DNA of 64,000 nucleotides, taken from positions 62,001-126,000 of the forward strand of contig CT868650.1 in the NCBI GenBank assembly GCA_000165425.1, given 5' to 3'. A model generated the notes under the pieces. The model was not told the origin of the DNA, did not search any database, and worked only from the letters and a program-made list of their open reading frames with translations. Below are positions 1 to 14,318 of the stretch, piece by piece. The stretch comes from Paramecium tetraurelia. Its lineage: Eukaryota. Position numbers and translations under genes: made by a program. The stretch's first letter is position 1; each line of letters opens with the position of its first letter.

Positions 1-204
1 ATGGAGATGATAAGGATTAACCTAATTGAGAAAGAGTCATCAGTCGAAGATAATATCTATTTTAATTGCAACAATAAGTTAATAATTTATTAAATCATGT
101 TGGGATTGATTAATCATATTTAATGCATATCATTTTGAAGTGACGGTATTTAATTACGCACAACTCTTATAATAAAATCAGAATAATTTATATTCGAAAT
201 TAAA

Positions 205-1069
205 ATGACATCATCAAGAATCTTGTTGCTTGTTCTTGTGGCTACAGCATCAGCTTTCACATACAATGAGGCAATTGCTAAAGAGAATGCAGCATTGTCT
301 TTTGCTTCCTATTGTCCAAATGCAGCAATCCATAATTGGTCTGTTGGCTATGTTAGTAAATCATATCCAGATTTGACAAACATTGAAGTTTTCGAGAATC
401 TTGTTAGCGTAAGACTTTTAAATATTATTTTTAGGGAACAAAAGGATATATTGCATATAACAAAAAAGAATCAGCAATTGTCGTTGTTTTCAGAGGATCA
501 TCAAATATTCAAAATTGGATTGAGAATATTTCTTTTGGAAAAACCGAATACAACAAAGCATGCAAATGCAAAGTACATACAGGATTCCACGATGCCTTCG
601 TGTCCCTTAAACCAAAACTTGACTCCTTATTCCCAGGATATGCCACCAAATACCCATATGCAGCCATCCATGTTACAGGACACAGCTTAGGTGGTGCCAT
701 GGCTACATTATACGCCTTAGAATTGGCTGAAGCAGGAAGAACAGTCGGTTTGTTCACTTATGGTTCCCCAAGAGTCGGAGATCCAGATTTCTATGATTGG
801 TTCACCAAATACACTAAAATCACCCACTTCAGAGTTGTAAACCAAAACGACACTGTTCCTCATGTATTAAAACTATTTAAACAATTTAGCTTCCATTGTA
901 TGCTATGGGATTCTATCATCAAGATAGAGAAATCTGGTATCATGATGGAACTCACACAGTTTGCGCAGCCACTAGAGGAGAAGATAAAACTTGCTCATAC
1001 ACTGTCAAATCTACTTCTAATGCTGACCATAGCACTTACATTGGTTTAAGTTCATCAGTTGATTGTTGA
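205..1069 (+). CDS. Secreted class 3 lipase (alpha/beta hydrolase); introns 409-434 and 864-889
   Basis: Signal-peptide-like N-terminus. Motifs VVVFRGS, VHTGF, TGHSLGGAMA (GxSxG), TYGSPRVG, NQNDTVPHLP and C-terminal DHSTY. Two 26-nt GT-AG introns join the ORF fragments; stop is TGA 1067-1069. Confidence 0.93.
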
Positions 1070-1180
1070 TTTTATTTACATCAGAAACCTATTAAAATTA
1101 ATAGTATTTTATGCTTTGATAGAATGCCTAATTCTAAGTGTTAACATCAATAAATTGATATATATTTAAACAATAATCAT

Positions 1181-4100
1181 TCATTCATTCAGTCCACGAT
1201 AATGCAGTTCTATTCCCTCAGTCGAGTAATTGCTAATCACCTTATTCTCATATTTTTCGCTTATTTATAACATTAATTTTTACATGTTCTATGCTTTCCT
1301 CTTCTTGACAAATACAATTAGAGCAATAATCAAAATGATAATGACGATGGAAACTCCCACCCATTAATAGTTAATTGATACTGTCTCCTAAATTACTTGC
1401 TATTTAGGATTCCATCTAATTGAATTGGTTTCATAATAATAGTCTAATTAAATCAATTGTTCATCTTTATACAATTAAACATCCACTATAATTTAATAAA
1501 TAATATATGATACCAGTCGCTAAAATAGTAAACACTAAGGTTCTTCTCTATTATGGGAATTTCACATCATGCAATGTCACAGAAGCAAAAAGTGTTGTCT
1601 CATTAGTCGTTTAGTTTCGAACTATACTATTATAATTGGATGGATCAGAACAAAAATCAAGAGATAAATCATCGCCCTCACTTTTTTCTTGTAATATGAC
1701 AAAATATTCAATCTATTTCAACTCGAAATATGGATCTTTAAGATCTTAATTAGTGATTTGAATAGGGGCAAATTCAATATATAGAGTTACAGTATCATCA
1801 GGATTCTATAAAAGCTGAGGTGTTAAATATCCCTAAAGTCCTGGGTAGAAGTCATTATAAGGGATTTCCTCTTTTTCATCTACATAATAGACCCTTATTG
1901 TATATTGGGCATTAGTTATTTAACTATTAAGAGTCTTAATGAGATCGAACTTCAAATATGTAATATCTAAGTTCTATATTTAATCGAAGAATCCAAATAC
2001 TTACTTATTTTACCTTATGTCTATTCTCTAATCATATTGGCCTTGCTTTAGTTACTCGTAGTCTTTACCCGTAAAAACAGAAAAGATTCCATTACAAAAT
2101 TACATCTCATAAAAGAGATACATAAAATTCTATTACACAGCCCAATATGAACTTTGATACAATTCATTTTGTCTAAGTTATTTAATCCTTGGGACTAGAG
2201 GTCTGAGATCTGAAGTTCCAACTTAAACTTAATAGTTTTGCTCCTATTGTGATTAACTTTACAACACAATCCTATATACATTATCAATTTAGAAGTATTC
2301 ATTTTGGATCAAATTGGATAATATTGTCTATTTTATGGGCAGTATTTGAAGTTGTGAGGAATTGCTATAGACTTTAATTAATGGTATAGATCTATGCTTT
2401 GGACTTTTTTGTAAATAATCATGAAGGTCCTAAATTTAGACTGATATTGAAAATGTTTTTCCTTGATCTAATAATGGAGAAAATTCATAATTCATGTAAT
2501 ACATCTCTTTTTCGCTCTAGGCTTTGAGTGAAAAGAAAACAGGATAAATTGAACTAGATTATATGATAAATTTACTAAATTTTATTCATCTCCTCAACAT
2601 CTGTAAAATACAAAATACTAAAGTAAGCGCTCGATATGGCTTCAAAATTAAGCTTCAAGTATGAATTCTCTTAATTAGAGATATTAAATATATTCTTGTA
2701 ATTGTCTGGTCGAATATCTAGTAAAATTAAAGTAGTAAAATTTTGAACCTCATAGAATTTTTCAAAATAATAAGAACAAACTAATGAGCCACTATACATG
2801 TAAATTTAAATTGATGTAGACATACTTTTTGGATTTAAAATAATTGTAACTTCTTTGCCTTTTTCAAGGAAATATTAGAATAGACTTTGAGATTCTAAAA
2901 ATATTTCAGTATCATTATTATTAACCTACACTCTAACAATTTCAGACGTATAAGTCTTAAGTGCAATTATTAAAATGTTATTCGGTTATAAGGGTTCAGT
3001 CATAAAACTTTTTTAATAACCCATTCCAAAATTATTGTATTTAAATTAAGCCGGGTTTTGACTAAAAGAACTGAATTTTGCTGATTCTAGGTCTGTCTCA
3101 TGTACGTAGAAATAAGCTGTTTCAGAGTGAGACTACACAAAGATCGTAAATGGTGTTTCTAACCCATAGGTTTACAATTTTAAGAAAATTGTGAATTCGG
3201 AATTAACAAAACTATTATAATACTTAACAATTACAATTTAAATGGTTGATTTAAGAAGATTTCATAAATTTCCACATTTTGTAGATGATACTGAATTCCA
3301 TATTAGCATTTTTCGTAACCATGAACTCCAACACTAAATAATGAAATAAATAGTTTACTAATAGTCTCCAGTTAGATCAGGATTGACAGTATTGCCAGGC
3401 TCGATTACAAGGACATCACTCTGTAGATCAAAGGATCCCCAATCATAGTTCCCAAGATCAGGGAATTTAGATTTTGAAACTAATAGGTCAGCATCACAAA
3501 AGATATCTGGTTTGAGCATGATCATCAAATTTGTATCGTTTCTTGGAACATGAATTTTATAGTATTTATATTCATTTTGTACAAGCTCTCCAGATTGGAT
3601 TTCTGATTCCCTTAACATTATGAGTTTTGAATTATATTGAATTGTGTAATCAAGTACATTGATATTGAAATCCTAATCGCCATCCCTATTTACAATAACT
3701 GTTATTTTGATAATACATTTGCCATTACAATCGAGTTTATTTAAGTCGTTTTAAGAGAAGTAAATTGAAACTTAAGAATAAGATTTATGTTTTTATGAAA
3801 CCTTATCATGTAAACTTTCAGTAGGTTCTGGTGAATCAAGAGTTGCAACTACCTTAGCATATAACTTTATTTCTCCATAATAAGTGAAGGCTAAAATATT
3901 AGCCTCTTATCCTAAAGAATAAAAATAGAAGTAATCCTCTCCTATTGGTAATGCCTTTGTAATTGGTTAATCCTCTACAAGTTGAATTTTAGATTTATCA
4001 ATTTTTGAGATTAATATTGTATAAAAGGCATCGAATTTGCTTGTCAAAGAGAAATAAAAGTATTCGCTACATGTTGCTGAGAGAATTTAACAATAATGGT

Positions 4101-6529
4101 CTTTATTTTGTTGAACAATTATGGTGCTATTATTTTTAGAATATCTTATATCAAGACCATGCAAAGGTTGGATACTGATATCTAAGGAGGATTGATCGAA
4201 TTCGTAAGTTCTTTTTGTAATCACAAAAGCTTCAGTATTGGCTTACAAATATCCGAAACCTTATGAATAACCAGCAGATAAGAAATTAAAAAAAGGTTCA
4301 TCCTAAAATATTTCAATCATATATTTGTAATAGTAATAAGCAATTCTAAAACTACCATAATTGCCACCTGTATGGTCCAATCTTATTTTCAAATATAGAA
4401 TCTCTGGATAATTCTTATCATCAAACGGAATGCTAATGATTTACCCACTCTGCCATATAGCTATAGATTCATTTGTTTCAGGTCGATTAAATCCAAACAT
4501 CCTAAACTATCCATACTCCTTTTGCAATATCACATTCAATGAATCCCTCCTATTCATATCATACCCTTTCATATCTATTTTATACAACACAAAATCTTCA
4601 TCAACTAACGAATGTTGTTGTTAATCTCCTTAATATAATTAAATATAATGCCATGGGAATTTTCCAAATTACTAAAAGTCTTAGAAATTTTTGATTGCCC
4701 AAACTGTTATTATAAACTTTGAGAATGATTGGCCATAAATTGATAGGTAATAGGTTCCTGGTTAAGGCTAATTAGCAAATCTACCTCCAAAGTTAATTGA
4801 ATTATTTTAGGATTTGTATTCGTGATTCCACTCATTAGGTTATTGATAAGTAGTCGATACATACATAGTCACATCTCCTTATATTGGAGTGACTAAAAAG
4901 TGCAATCTCTGCATTTACTCGTTTTCAGATACAAAGAATTTATAGTATTAATAATTGTCTTTCTCCACTTATGATTTATGAGGGGTATTTTAAAGTAAAC
5001 TCATCGTCTTTTCAATTATTTTGTATTGGATTGTAAACTTACCAGGGGATGTACTACTCTTATCAAGCACAGCTACCACAAAAAATGCACACATGCCATC
5101 ACAATTTAAAATAAACTATGCTTCCTTCCTTCTATTAGTAAATAACATAGTATATTGAGTCATCAATTCATATTTATCTTAGTTCAAGAATAATTCTTCA
5201 GTGTATGGACAGATGGACTCATCAGCACAATTAGTAGTTAGAAAATTTATGATTCCCTCGAAAGTATGTAAATTAAGTTAAATATAATGACCTTCATTTC
5301 TATAATCTAATATATTCACAATGGTGACTTATGATTCTGACACAAACTTCTAATGATTAATGCCAGGCAAAATAGTTCTCTCGTATATACATGTTAGTTA
5401 TAACTCATATGTACATAACTCCTCACCCATCACAGCCAAGTACAAATTTTTGAGTGTGATGTTTTTATTCTTCAACTCCTCTTAAGTGATGAGTATAACC
5501 TCGCCATCCTTATTTTTCTCTTACCATTCATAACTCTCTAATAGAGGTGGCTATTTATTATAGTGAACATACAATTTGGCATAACCTTTAAATGGAGTCA
5601 ATCGAACTCCCTAAGCAAATAATAAAATCAATAATATACTATATCACAGTTCAATTAAGGTTCTACTTGATAGAAATCAAACTCTCCCTATTCAACTACT
5701 TACACAATTGTTTCATAGAAGTTAAAAAATTTCAATTTTTGACTCTTAGATGCCATCACTCTAAACACTGCTCCTTATTCTCCTTGAATTAGGATTTTAT
5801 ACTACTCAAATGGCTTTTGTTAATTAAATTCAATGACTTTTTAATTCCCCCAAGTATCAGTAGCTTTGTAATCATACATACTATTGGTTGGAACCCCATT
5901 CTCCCATTTATTCATGAAAACTTAAAATGGTTCTTCTAGATATTCCTAATTCACCACTTGAACATTAATCTCAATCTCTGTTTGTTCTGTATTGAATTCA
6001 GACAGCATAAAATCTATGATTTACGATTATTTTTCGTTTGTCAATTTAAAAGTTAGGAAACTATCTACCTTGAGCATTTATTCCTAATCTAATTCTATTC
6101 TTAATATGTATCTGCTGGGAAAACGAGACACTACAGAAATGTATAAGACGTCATTTTCCTAAATCTTTTCGTTGCTTATCACACAGATATCTGATATGAA
6201 TGTAAATTTTACCCATTCCTTAGGCTTCGCATGCTTGTACGTCAGCATCCTCAACCGACAATGGTTCTTTCACTTTCTTCGAAATGTATAAGTTAGGATC
6301 GGAATTAGGATTCAAAGTCTTCAGCTGAAGTACAAGATCTGTTTGATTTTTTATTTCAGGAACATTGAATAAATAAACCTGATGATTCTGTGTTCTTGGC
6401 GAAACAAATCTAAATTATTGCTTTTAATTACCCTTGAACTGAATCCCCCAGAGTCAAATACTGTTTAGGTGTACCATCCTCTTGGCTCAATGCTAGATAG
6501 AAAAGATAAACTATTTATATCATAAGCAT
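1181..6529 (-). CDS. ~1780-aa type I single-pass membrane protein with repeated PPC-like beta-sandwich modules
   Basis: Begins MLMIQIVYLFYLALSQ (signal). Recurring DPNLY/DADLLVS/GDVTMY-type modules, one TM near 1310-1365 followed by KKRK, TGA at 1181. Span is 5349 nt (a multiple of 3); only partly translated. Confidence 0.8.
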
Positions 6530-6647
6530 AATTAATTATTATTTTCTATCTTTAGACAACAATTAATATATATTATCTCTAACTACAAATCAATATTAAC
6601 ATCGAATTTCCTAGACTATTTCAACAAAATATAAATCAATTTGCCAT

Positions 6648-7970
6648 TCAGTTTATTTTATCAATCTTAGTAGTCTCCTTCATCTATTCAGCTATTTCCA
6701 ACAATTATTTTCTGATAACTGCTTTATTTTTGAAATCACTCTCTCGCTAAGCTTAACGAATTAAATTTTCATATTTTTCATTTAAATTCTTTAATTTAGC
6801 TTCAATCTCACTATGTTATTGAGGTGATAATGGAGATATTAATCTTTTTCTTGAATCAATCTTTTTATCAGGACTATATCCTGAATTCTTCATATCCACT
6901 AAACAATCTCGAATTGCTTACTTTAATTGACTCTATCTTAAACTTTGATCATCTCTGGGACTGGGAAGTGTAGGAGAGATTTGATCTAAGTTTAATTTAC
7001 TAATTGTCCTCTATTCTCTGTATCCCTAATTAAATTCTGTTTCTTCTTATCTAGATATTCTTCTTTTTAAATATTTGTGACTCTTCTCCTCTTATTCCAA
7101 TTTAATCTTCAGAGACTGATATTTAACGTTTAAATCTTTATAGTCTATAGTTAGTTATTAGATAATATCTTGATACTCAGAACTCTTCACACTCAACTCT
7201 TGAATTCTTTTCGCCATCTATTCTTCTCTGCAGAGTCTATTGGATTGAGCTTCATCAATATTTTTTAAGTAAACTCTATCTTTCTCATCCAATTAGTATT
7301 TGAGATTCGATATTTGTTTTTCGAATTCATGTTACTTAAATGTTGAATGCTTTTATTTGTAATTATCAAAGTCTTATTCTACTTTTTATTTCTCTAATTC
7401 TAAATATTCTACTCTTTTTTCTAGTTTTTTAATGATGTTGTCCTTGATATCGATCTTTTGCTTATATTCCTAAACAGTATTCAATAGTATTGAATTTTCT
7501 TCGAATTTCTTCATTTCAACTTTATGCAACAACCCTTTTTCATTACTTTTATATGCCTACAATTATCTCTAAAGACTCTCTAATGACATTTGGATTTCAT
7601 GCTTATCGTGTTTAAGCTCTTCATTCTTCCTTATCAATTCTGATACTCTCTCTTGATAATCCTTTAGATGTTATAATCTCTCAACTTGTAACAACTCTAT
7701 TTATGAAGTGGCTCTATTGTTCATCTCCATTTCTTAAGAAACTTTCATTAATTGCATTTAAAGACGATCATTTTCAACTGACAATTCGTTTACTTATTAT
7801 TTAAGTTATTCAATGATGATATCTTAAGGAGACAAATCAATTGATTTCCTATAATTGTCATTCCTCAATTTATCCTGCATACTCTTCATAGCTGAGGCAT
7901 AAGCACTACTCATAGTTGGAGAGTTCGATGAAAATGCTCTCTATGATAACCTTGATTCCCTTGATTGCAT
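6648..7970 (-). CDS. Coiled-coil hypothetical protein (~440 aa)
   Basis: MQSRESRLSQ... to ...KIDKIN-TGA in table 6; E/K/Q-rich; 1323 nt. Confidence 0.75.
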
Positions 7971-8007
7971 TATAATATAATTTTATTGTTTATGAATATA
8001 TATATAT

Positions 8008-8762
8008 TCAGGGTAATTTTTCAACATATTCCCTATCAAATTCCTTCCTCATATCTTAAAGAAGTCTCTTTTCCATTTCTTGTTCTTTTTCCTTTAGCTA
8101 TTTGAATTACAAAGATAGATTAGGTGTTGCAATCTTCCTGTTTTTGTAGAGATTAAATTATTTCTACGTTATTCTCTTCTTTAATTGAGATGACTGCTGA
8201 TTGTTATCAAAAACTACTTCAAATTACTATGTCTAATTTTAGAAATGTTAAAAAGTTGATCCCATATGCAACTTACTTGATTTACTTCTATCAGTAAATA
8301 CTTTTGCTGGTTAATTCTCCTTTATCTTAGTACTAGATAATTATTTATTGAATTCTTCCAAAATAGGTTGACTTGTATCTCTATGTGTGTCTCTGCTCAT
8401 CTTCTACGTTTTTATTGTAGTTCTGCAATCTTCTAAAGTCATTGGTCTTTATATTTCCTATCCATTTGTGATTCTACCTATTGATAACCCCTTCATCGAT
8501 GGGTCTTATATAATAAACATAATTTACTTGGTTTCTAATGCAAATGCAAGGGCATCAATGGAAATTTGTTTTTCTACATTTGAACAATCTCCTTCAAAAC
8601 TGAATGATAATCTTCATCTTCTATTTAGAACTTGAATTGGATTTTTGCCAAATTCTAATATTTTTTTTTTGGTTTAGGTTCTTCTATTTCAGGTACTTTG
8701 TAGTGCTTCGAAGCAGTCGTAACTAAAAAATTCTTAGCTTTTAGTTGACTCAAAGATATCAT
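8008..8762 (-). CDS. Hypothetical protein (~243 aa), one 23-nt intron near 8505-8527
   Basis: The frame is restored by intron GTAAATTATGTTTATTATATAAG; ends EYVEKLP-TGA. Confidence 0.65.
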
Positions 8763-9779
8763 TTCATTGTTAATTGGTTTGAATACATGAAGCTTGACCG
8801 AAAGAGTTGATCTTATCAATTATATTTTAATTCATGAAACTCATTAATAACTCTATAATATAGAACCAATATAGGCATAGATATAATACAATACAGTTAC
8901 AAAATTAACAAATCTGAACAAAATTTAGAATACATTTGTCGATTTCATACAAACTTGGTTATCATAATTAATATATCATTTTTCCAAAAGCTCATTCTCT
9001 TTCAATTCTACCAACTGATTCCTTTAATAATATTTAATTTAAATTCTATAAATGATGCTTCTTAAATGATATTGAAATCTATTCCAATAAAAGAATCCTA
9101 ATTGCCGTTACTGGAATAAAGGCATAGATTTCAAATAAGATTATTAAATATATATTTGATTACTTTCTAGAAATCAATATGCTTAATATTATATTGAATT
9201 ATTTTCCTAATTATTTAAACTTAAATTAAGATAAGCACAAGTTATATACATTTAAATATATTATATCCCCTTTTTAAATGAATGGAATTAACTAAATTTA
9301 TTAATACATTCAAATCCTTATGAAACACTTAATATTTAGTAAATTTTTCCAGTTTATTAATTTTGAATCGTAAATAATACCTTTGGTATGCTGAGGTCTA
9401 AGCTGTTTAACTCAAATTATGTTTATTAAACAAACCTCTAATATTAAAGCCTCCCATTGTCAAGGTTTAATTGTAATACTGAAAGATATCTTAAAGATAT
9501 CAATAGATTAAAGTATGATATTATTAATCATTATATCATTTTATCCTTAGATCTTTCTTATCCAGCACAAACTAATATTAAATTTAGATTAGCCCAACCA
9601 ATACTACTTTTTTGCTAATATAAATGAAATGAATAATTATAAGAATATTCAATAAATAATTTTATTGGTAAATAAATATTTTTAGAATAATAAATAAAAT
9701 AATGCCTAAATAAATTTAATATTAAAATTTTAAAATATAATAATTATATAATATAATTTTATACTAATTAGTAAATTAA

Positions 9780-10929
9780 TCATACATCAATAGTGAATTA
9801 CGAAATCTCCTATTTACTATCAATTAGCCAAGGATGACTAAGGGCCTGTCTTGCATTCATTCTATATTTTGGGTCAACATGAATGAGATTTTTTATGAAG
9901 TCCCTTAATTCGGATGAAAATTTGTTTGGGAATCTAATATTGCCACTTATAATCATATCCTACATTTCTTGAAATGATAGGTCCTCCCAGGGAGTTTCTC
10001 CAGTGCATAGTTCATATGCTAAGACTCCCAATGACCACATATCAGTACTTTTGTCATAGGTCTCTCCTTTGACAATTTCAGGAGATATATATGCCAATGA
10101 TCCACATTAAGTAGACCTTTCTTATTGAGGAGAGTAGATTGAATGAGTAAAATCAGCCAATTTAATTTGATTGTAACATAGAAATATATTTTCTGGTTTG
10201 ATGTCTCTGTGAATGATGCCATTTCTGTGAAGATAGTTAAGGGCTGAAGCCACTTGTTTGATGTAGGAGGCAGCCACCTTTTCAGTAAAACAGGTTTCTG
10301 TTAGTGATCTCAATAATTTGTGTAATTGTCCATGACAACAATATTCTAATACCAACACAATTTCAGTAGCTAAGATATAAAATATAATAATAACATGTGT
10401 GAAAGAAGGTGTACAGTTTAACAATATTGGGATGGTTGAGGAGGTATTAAATTTTTAATTCCTATGCAATACTCTTCCAAATTGATGAAATTTATTCTTT
10501 TTTCATTATTTTAAGTGCAACATGTATTCCAGTATTGATCTCACAAGCCAGTTTAACTTCACTGTATTTTCCTTTGCCCAAGAATTACAACATAGTATAA
10601 TTGGATATTTGTTGTGCTTTAGGTAAAATAGTTTTATTGTGCATTTTCTTGACAGTCTATTGTTCAGGTTCATAATCTCTAATGTGTAAGACATTTTTAT
10701 TGATTTCAACCAATTTTTAACCTGAATTCGCATTGGAGCGTATTCTTTTTTGTGGTTTCTCATTTTAAGTGGGTTTCCTCTTGATGGTTTTGAGTAATTG
10801 TTCAATCAGTTCTTTGGAGTTGATTTTAGGATCGAGTATGTCTTATTGAGTATGTAGAGGGGAACTGAGTTTATTAATTAAGGTAATTCTATTCTATGAA
10901 GCAGATCTCGAAGTTGATATTTTATGCAT
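9780..10929 (-). CDS. Aurora-like Ser/Thr protein kinase (~374 aa); intron 10370-10394
   Basis: LGKGKYSEV, VALK, LNHPNIVKLYTFF, HRDIKPEN, KLADFT, CGSLAYISPE, DMWSLGV. Confidence 0.88.
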
Positions 10930-11334
10930 TATTATATTAACGTTTAGAACACAAAACTAAAAAAATAAATAAGAATTCAAGTCCGTATTAGAAAACCTAA
11001 GCTTATTTTGTGATCTTCAGTATTGTTCAGACCAAAAGAACATACTTTATGAAATTGAGTTTGATATATGATGGGATGATTTTGCATTAATTGAAATTTA
11101 AAGGCATTAAATAAAGTTTGTAAAAATACTAGTAGTATTGGCTCAATGAGATTGAATGCGAGATATAAAATTAATTTACCAAGTGAATGATAGAGTTTTT
11201 GATTTAAATTGAATTATTTGATTCGGCAACAAATATTTATGTATTGTGCCAGATCTTCCAAATTTCATAAGTAGTTAAACATATTGAAATTCTTAATTCA
11301 ACTTAATTTTGATAGGAAAATGATTATTTAATTT

Positions 11335-12463
<1,129 letters not shown>

Positions 12464-12481
12464 ATTTATACTAATATTAAT

Positions 12482-14269
12482 ATGAAATAAATAGTTTAAT
12501 CTGCAAGACTCCCTTCATCTCCAATTTTCCATAGAAAAAAACCTACTGAGCTCCAGAATCCCTTAGAACATTTAGTCAGAGTACAATCACCTTGCGGAAG
12601 TACAACAAATAATGCATTTGGAAGATGTCCCACAGTCAAGACTTTGAATAGTGATAGAGATCCTGTTGAGATTACTATAACGTTAATGGTGGATGGTTAG
12701 AAGTAAAAGGAATGAATGACAATAGATTGATTGTACCAATAGGAATAAATCAAAGCACCACAGATTTATATAAGAAATTAATAGCGAAAGTGAATCAAGT
12801 AAACCCTGCAATCGTGCATTAAATTAAACATTTTTAAACTCACAGTAGCCTTAAGAATTACAATATTGATTACTATTTATCACTAGAGCATCATCCGTTA
12901 GATGTATTCAAAGAATAAAGACATTTGAAATTAGAACCATATATTTCAAAAAAAGTAAATACTTAATTAAGCATCGATGATTTCGAAATACTTAAATGTA
13001 TTGGAGTAGGGTAATCATTCAAATTTGATATGTTTAGTGGATTCTCCCGTGTTTATTTGGTTCGTAAGAGAGACAGCGGATATTTTTATGCGATGAAATT
13101 GATTGATAAGAATTTCATTTTGAATTCAAATAAAGAGATAATTATTAATAATGAGAGATAAGTGATGGAGTAATTGAATTCTCCTTATTTAGCAAAACTA
13201 TTCTACTCTTTTGAAACCAAGTACTATTTGGTCTTTGTTTTGGAGTAAAATTACTATTTATATTGTATAGATATTGCGCAGGAGGAGAATTGTTCTATCA
13301 TTTACGGAAACTACGAAGATTGAATGAGGAATTAGCCAAACAGTATTTTGTATAAGTCTGTTTGGCAATCCAAGAATTACATCAATATGGAGTTGTTTAT
13401 AGAGACATCAAACCTGAAAATATCCTATTAGATTTGGATGGATACATACGTCTATCTGATTTTGGACTTGCCAAACCAAATATGGACAGAGAAGAAACAG
13501 CCTTTTCCTTTTGCGGTTCTCCTGAATACATGTCACCTGAAATGCTCATGAGAAATGGCCATAACTTCATGGTTGACATCTACTGTCTGGGAGCATTGTT
13601 ATATGAATTTATATGTGGATCTCCTCCCTTCTATAGTAGAAACATTGAGTAGATTTACAATAGCATCTTGAATGATAGAATATCATTCCCTCCTTAATTG
13701 CAAATTCATTCAGATCTTAAAGATTTGATTTCTAAATTATTAATCAAAGATCCTTAGTTGCGTCTAGGATCCAAAAATGGAATTAAAGAGATCCTATAAC
13801 ACAGATGGTTTAAGGGATTCGATATAGAAGCCTTAGCTAAAAGAAGGGTGAACATCAGTTATCGTCCTAAGCCATTAAGTTATAATTTCGATGAAGTTGA
13901 ATTTAGCAAGGGAGATTAGGAATTTTAAAAAAAACTCTAAGAAAATTTGAAGAAAGAAAAACAGGTAATCAGTTTTATAACAACTAGAGTAAATTTAGTA
14001 GATATTTTCCAAATTTTGAGTACACAAATTAGAATATTCGTGATAGCAGGGAGGCTATTTTATAGCTCACATTAAAGCAGTAATAGATATAAGGATAGTA
14101 AGGATTGCCCAAGCCTTAGTAAAGAACTTAGATTACCTTATCTCCACTTTCAATGGTCAAAGGAGTATCAAACATCAAGGCTTTGACTTAGAGTTCCTTC
14201 AAATAGGCATCATAATGCAAACGCTTTAATACTGACATCGACATAAGTAAGATAATTAAGAATATGTGA
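12482..14269 (+). CDS. AGC-family kinase (Akt/SGK/S6K-like, ~562 aa); introns 12703-12725, 13011-13037, 13245-13270, 13965-13987
   Basis: GVGGFSRV, YAMK, EYCAGGELF, YRDIKPEN, DFG, FCGSPEYMSPE, PPFY, RLGS and an AGC C-tail. Spliced length is 1689 nt. Confidence 0.92.
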
Positions 14270-14318
14270 ATATGAGTTCTGTATTTTTATATATATATAT
14301 ATAGTTATTCAATATGTA

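Noticed and set aside
14288..14303. (TA)n runs next to gene ends (also near 18372, 33136, 41000)
   Set aside because: Short low-complexity runs in very AT-rich spacers; no evidence of function or IES identity.
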